From Pasteurella multocida (GTDB lineage: Bacteria; Pseudomonadota; Gammaproteobacteria; Enterobacterales; Pasteurellaceae), in the NCBI RefSeq assembly GCF_900187275.1, contig NZ_LT906458.1:990001-1022000 (forward strand): a stretch of DNA of 32,000 nucleotides, written 5' to 3'. Both the position numbers and the translations under genes were made by a program. Each line of letters starts with the position of its first letter. Positions within the stretch are counted from its first letter, which is position 1. A model generated the notes under the pieces. That model ran no database searches, had not been told where the DNA came from, and was given only the letters and a program-made list of their open reading frames with translations. Below, piece after piece: positions 30,481-32,000 of this stretch.

Positions 30481-30497
30481 ATGTATACTCTACCTCA

Positions 30498-31904
30498 CTA
30501 AAACTTATCACCTAACAGAAACTGTAATACCGAATCCATACGTAAATGCGGTATGTTTTCGCCCGAGGCTAATAACTGCGGCTCAAATTGATCAAATTCA
30601 AATGGCTGATGTTGCCAAAAACTGGCTTGCGGTAACTTACTCGGCACAGTTCCCGGATATAAAGTCACACGCTGCCTATCTCTTGAACGCACGCCGCGTA
30701 ATGCTTTAAAACTTTGCCCATGTTGATTCACGGTCACTTGTTCTGTGGCTCGAATCGCTGCAATGGCGGTATAATCGGTGGTAATACCTTCATATTCCAC
30801 ATAACGCCCTCCTTCTTGGACAAGTTGACGCATCAAGCTCACCAAGTTGGGCAACTGATCGCTTGTAATGTGATCTGCTTTAGTAGCAATAAACATGAGT
30901 TTATCAATACGAGGAGAAAATAAACGATTTAATAACGTCCGCTGACCATAATGAAAATTTTTAAATAACTGCTGTAATGCCTCTTGCATATCTAAAAAGG
31001 CTTGCTGACTATGATTTAACGGCGTCAAACAATCCGCTAAGATAACTTGCCGGTCAAAAGTCGAAAAATAATCACGATAAAAGGCTTTCACAATATGCTG
31101 GCGATAGTGCTCATAACGTTGTGTCAACACGGCAAAATAGCTACCTTGTTTTTTCTCTTGCATTAATTTCTGCCAATCTGCGGCTGAGAGATGCAATAAT
31201 GGAAAAAACTGTAATGCCGGAGCCCCCTCTAATTCACCAGGCAATACAAAACGACCCGGTTGAATAAAATGGAGCCCTTCTTGTTTACAAGCAAGTAAAT
31301 AATCAGTATATGTTTTTGCCAATTGTGCCAACACATCTTCGTCTGCACTCGCACTGAGATCTAAACGATTCACCGCAGCTAACCAATCTTTTGCGAGATC
31401 CGTACGTTGGTTTTGCGTGATCCGTTGCATTTCTACTGACCACTGCTGATAGTTTAGGCTCAGCAAAGGCAAATCTAATAACCATTCTCCGGGATAATCA
31501 AAAATATCGAGATAAAGCGTACCTTTTTCTTTGATATGTCGCCATAATCCCGTATTCCGTTGATAACGAATGGCTAATCGTGTTTCACTCACTCCACGTG
31601 TAGAATGAGGCCAAACAGGTGGATCTTGCATCAATCCTTTTACATTCTGTTCATAATCAAAACGAGGAATATTTAGGTTCACTTGAGGCACCCGTTTCAC
31701 GGCAATGATGGCATGATGGCGTGCGGGTTCAAACAACGGAATGTGTTGATTATCGACACGATTAATGTGCAGTAACTGATTGATAAAACTGGTAATAAAT
31801 GCGGTCTTTCCACTACGGCTCAGCCCTGTCACAGCCAACCGTAAACGACGATCTAAACCACGATTAATGATTTCACTGACTTCTTTTTGTACATAATTTA
31901 ACAT
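30498..31904 (-). CDS. ycjX: YcjX-family P-loop protein (DUF463)
   Basis: 468 aa; Walker A-like GLSRSGKTAFITSFINQLL, LYLDIFDYPGEWLLDLPLL. Confidence 0.88.
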   Translation of the reverse strand: MLNYVQKEVSEIINRGLDRRLRLAVTGLSRSGKTAFITSFINQLLHINRVDNQHIPLFEPARHHAIIAVKRVPQVNLNIPRFDYEQNVKGLMQDPPVWPHSTRGVSETRLAIRYQRNTGLWRHIKEKGTLYLDIFDYPGEWLLDLPLLSLNYQQWSVEMQRITQNQRTDLAKDWLAAVNRLDLSASADEDVLAQLAKTYTDYLLACKQEGLHFIQPGRFVLPGELEGAPALQFFPLLHLSAADWQKLMQEKKQGSYFAVLTQRYEHYRQHIVKAFYRDYFSTFDRQVILADCLTPLNHSQQAFLDMQEALQQLFKNFHYGQRTLLNRLFSPRIDKLMFIATKADHITSDQLPNLVSLMRQLVQEGGRYVEYEGITTDYTAIAAIRATEQVTVNQHGQSFKALRGVRSRDRQRVTLYPGTVPSKLPQASFWQHQPFEFDQFEPQLLASGENIPHLRMDSVLQFLLGDKF

Positions 31905-32000
31905 ACTACGTTTCTTTTCTTCCGGTGCGCTATATGTAAATCCAAGATAATAAAAAAACCTGAATTTTTTCTTAATCGGATTTATTCAAGATCAGTCGTA

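Overview
The window reads as a Pasteurellaceae chromosomal core region. This rests on 13 exact copies of the Hin-type DNA uptake signal AAGTGCGGT and on gene content and order. Genes identified, left to right: csdA (3' end)-csdE; hldE <-> lpxL/htrB; a TorD/YcdY-family chaperone, an NAD(P)H oxidoreductase, an NfeD-like protein and a QmcA-like SPFH protein; modF; sstT; a divergent SOS-box-controlled umuD-like gene; aceE-aceF-lpdA; ptsH-ptsI-crr; rsgA <-> orn; two tandem tRNA-Gly(GCC); tsaE-amiB-mutL-miaA-hfq-hflX; and ycjX-ycjF-tyrR. I see no phage, transposase, CRISPR array, toxin-antitoxin or obvious defence module, and I cannot support a claim of a novel multi-gene system. The observations most worth a second look are regulatory or structural: (i) a LexA-box-driven UmuD-like protein that appears to have lost both catalytic residues and the cleavage site; (ii) strong intercistronic hairpins between aceE/aceF, aceF/lpdA and ptsH/ptsI; (iii) clustered dyads and 11-bp-phased repeats upstream of aceE, which has no adjacent pdhR; (iv) a near-consensus TyrR box upstream of a short tyrR; (v) a perfect 20-bp palindrome filling the -35/-10 spacer of the putative hfq promoter; (vi) C8 and A8 tracts in the mutL linker; (vii) an inverted uptake-sequence pair that seems to be translated as the N-terminus of HflX; and (viii) unexplained intergenic stretches at about 603-945 and 16390-16830.
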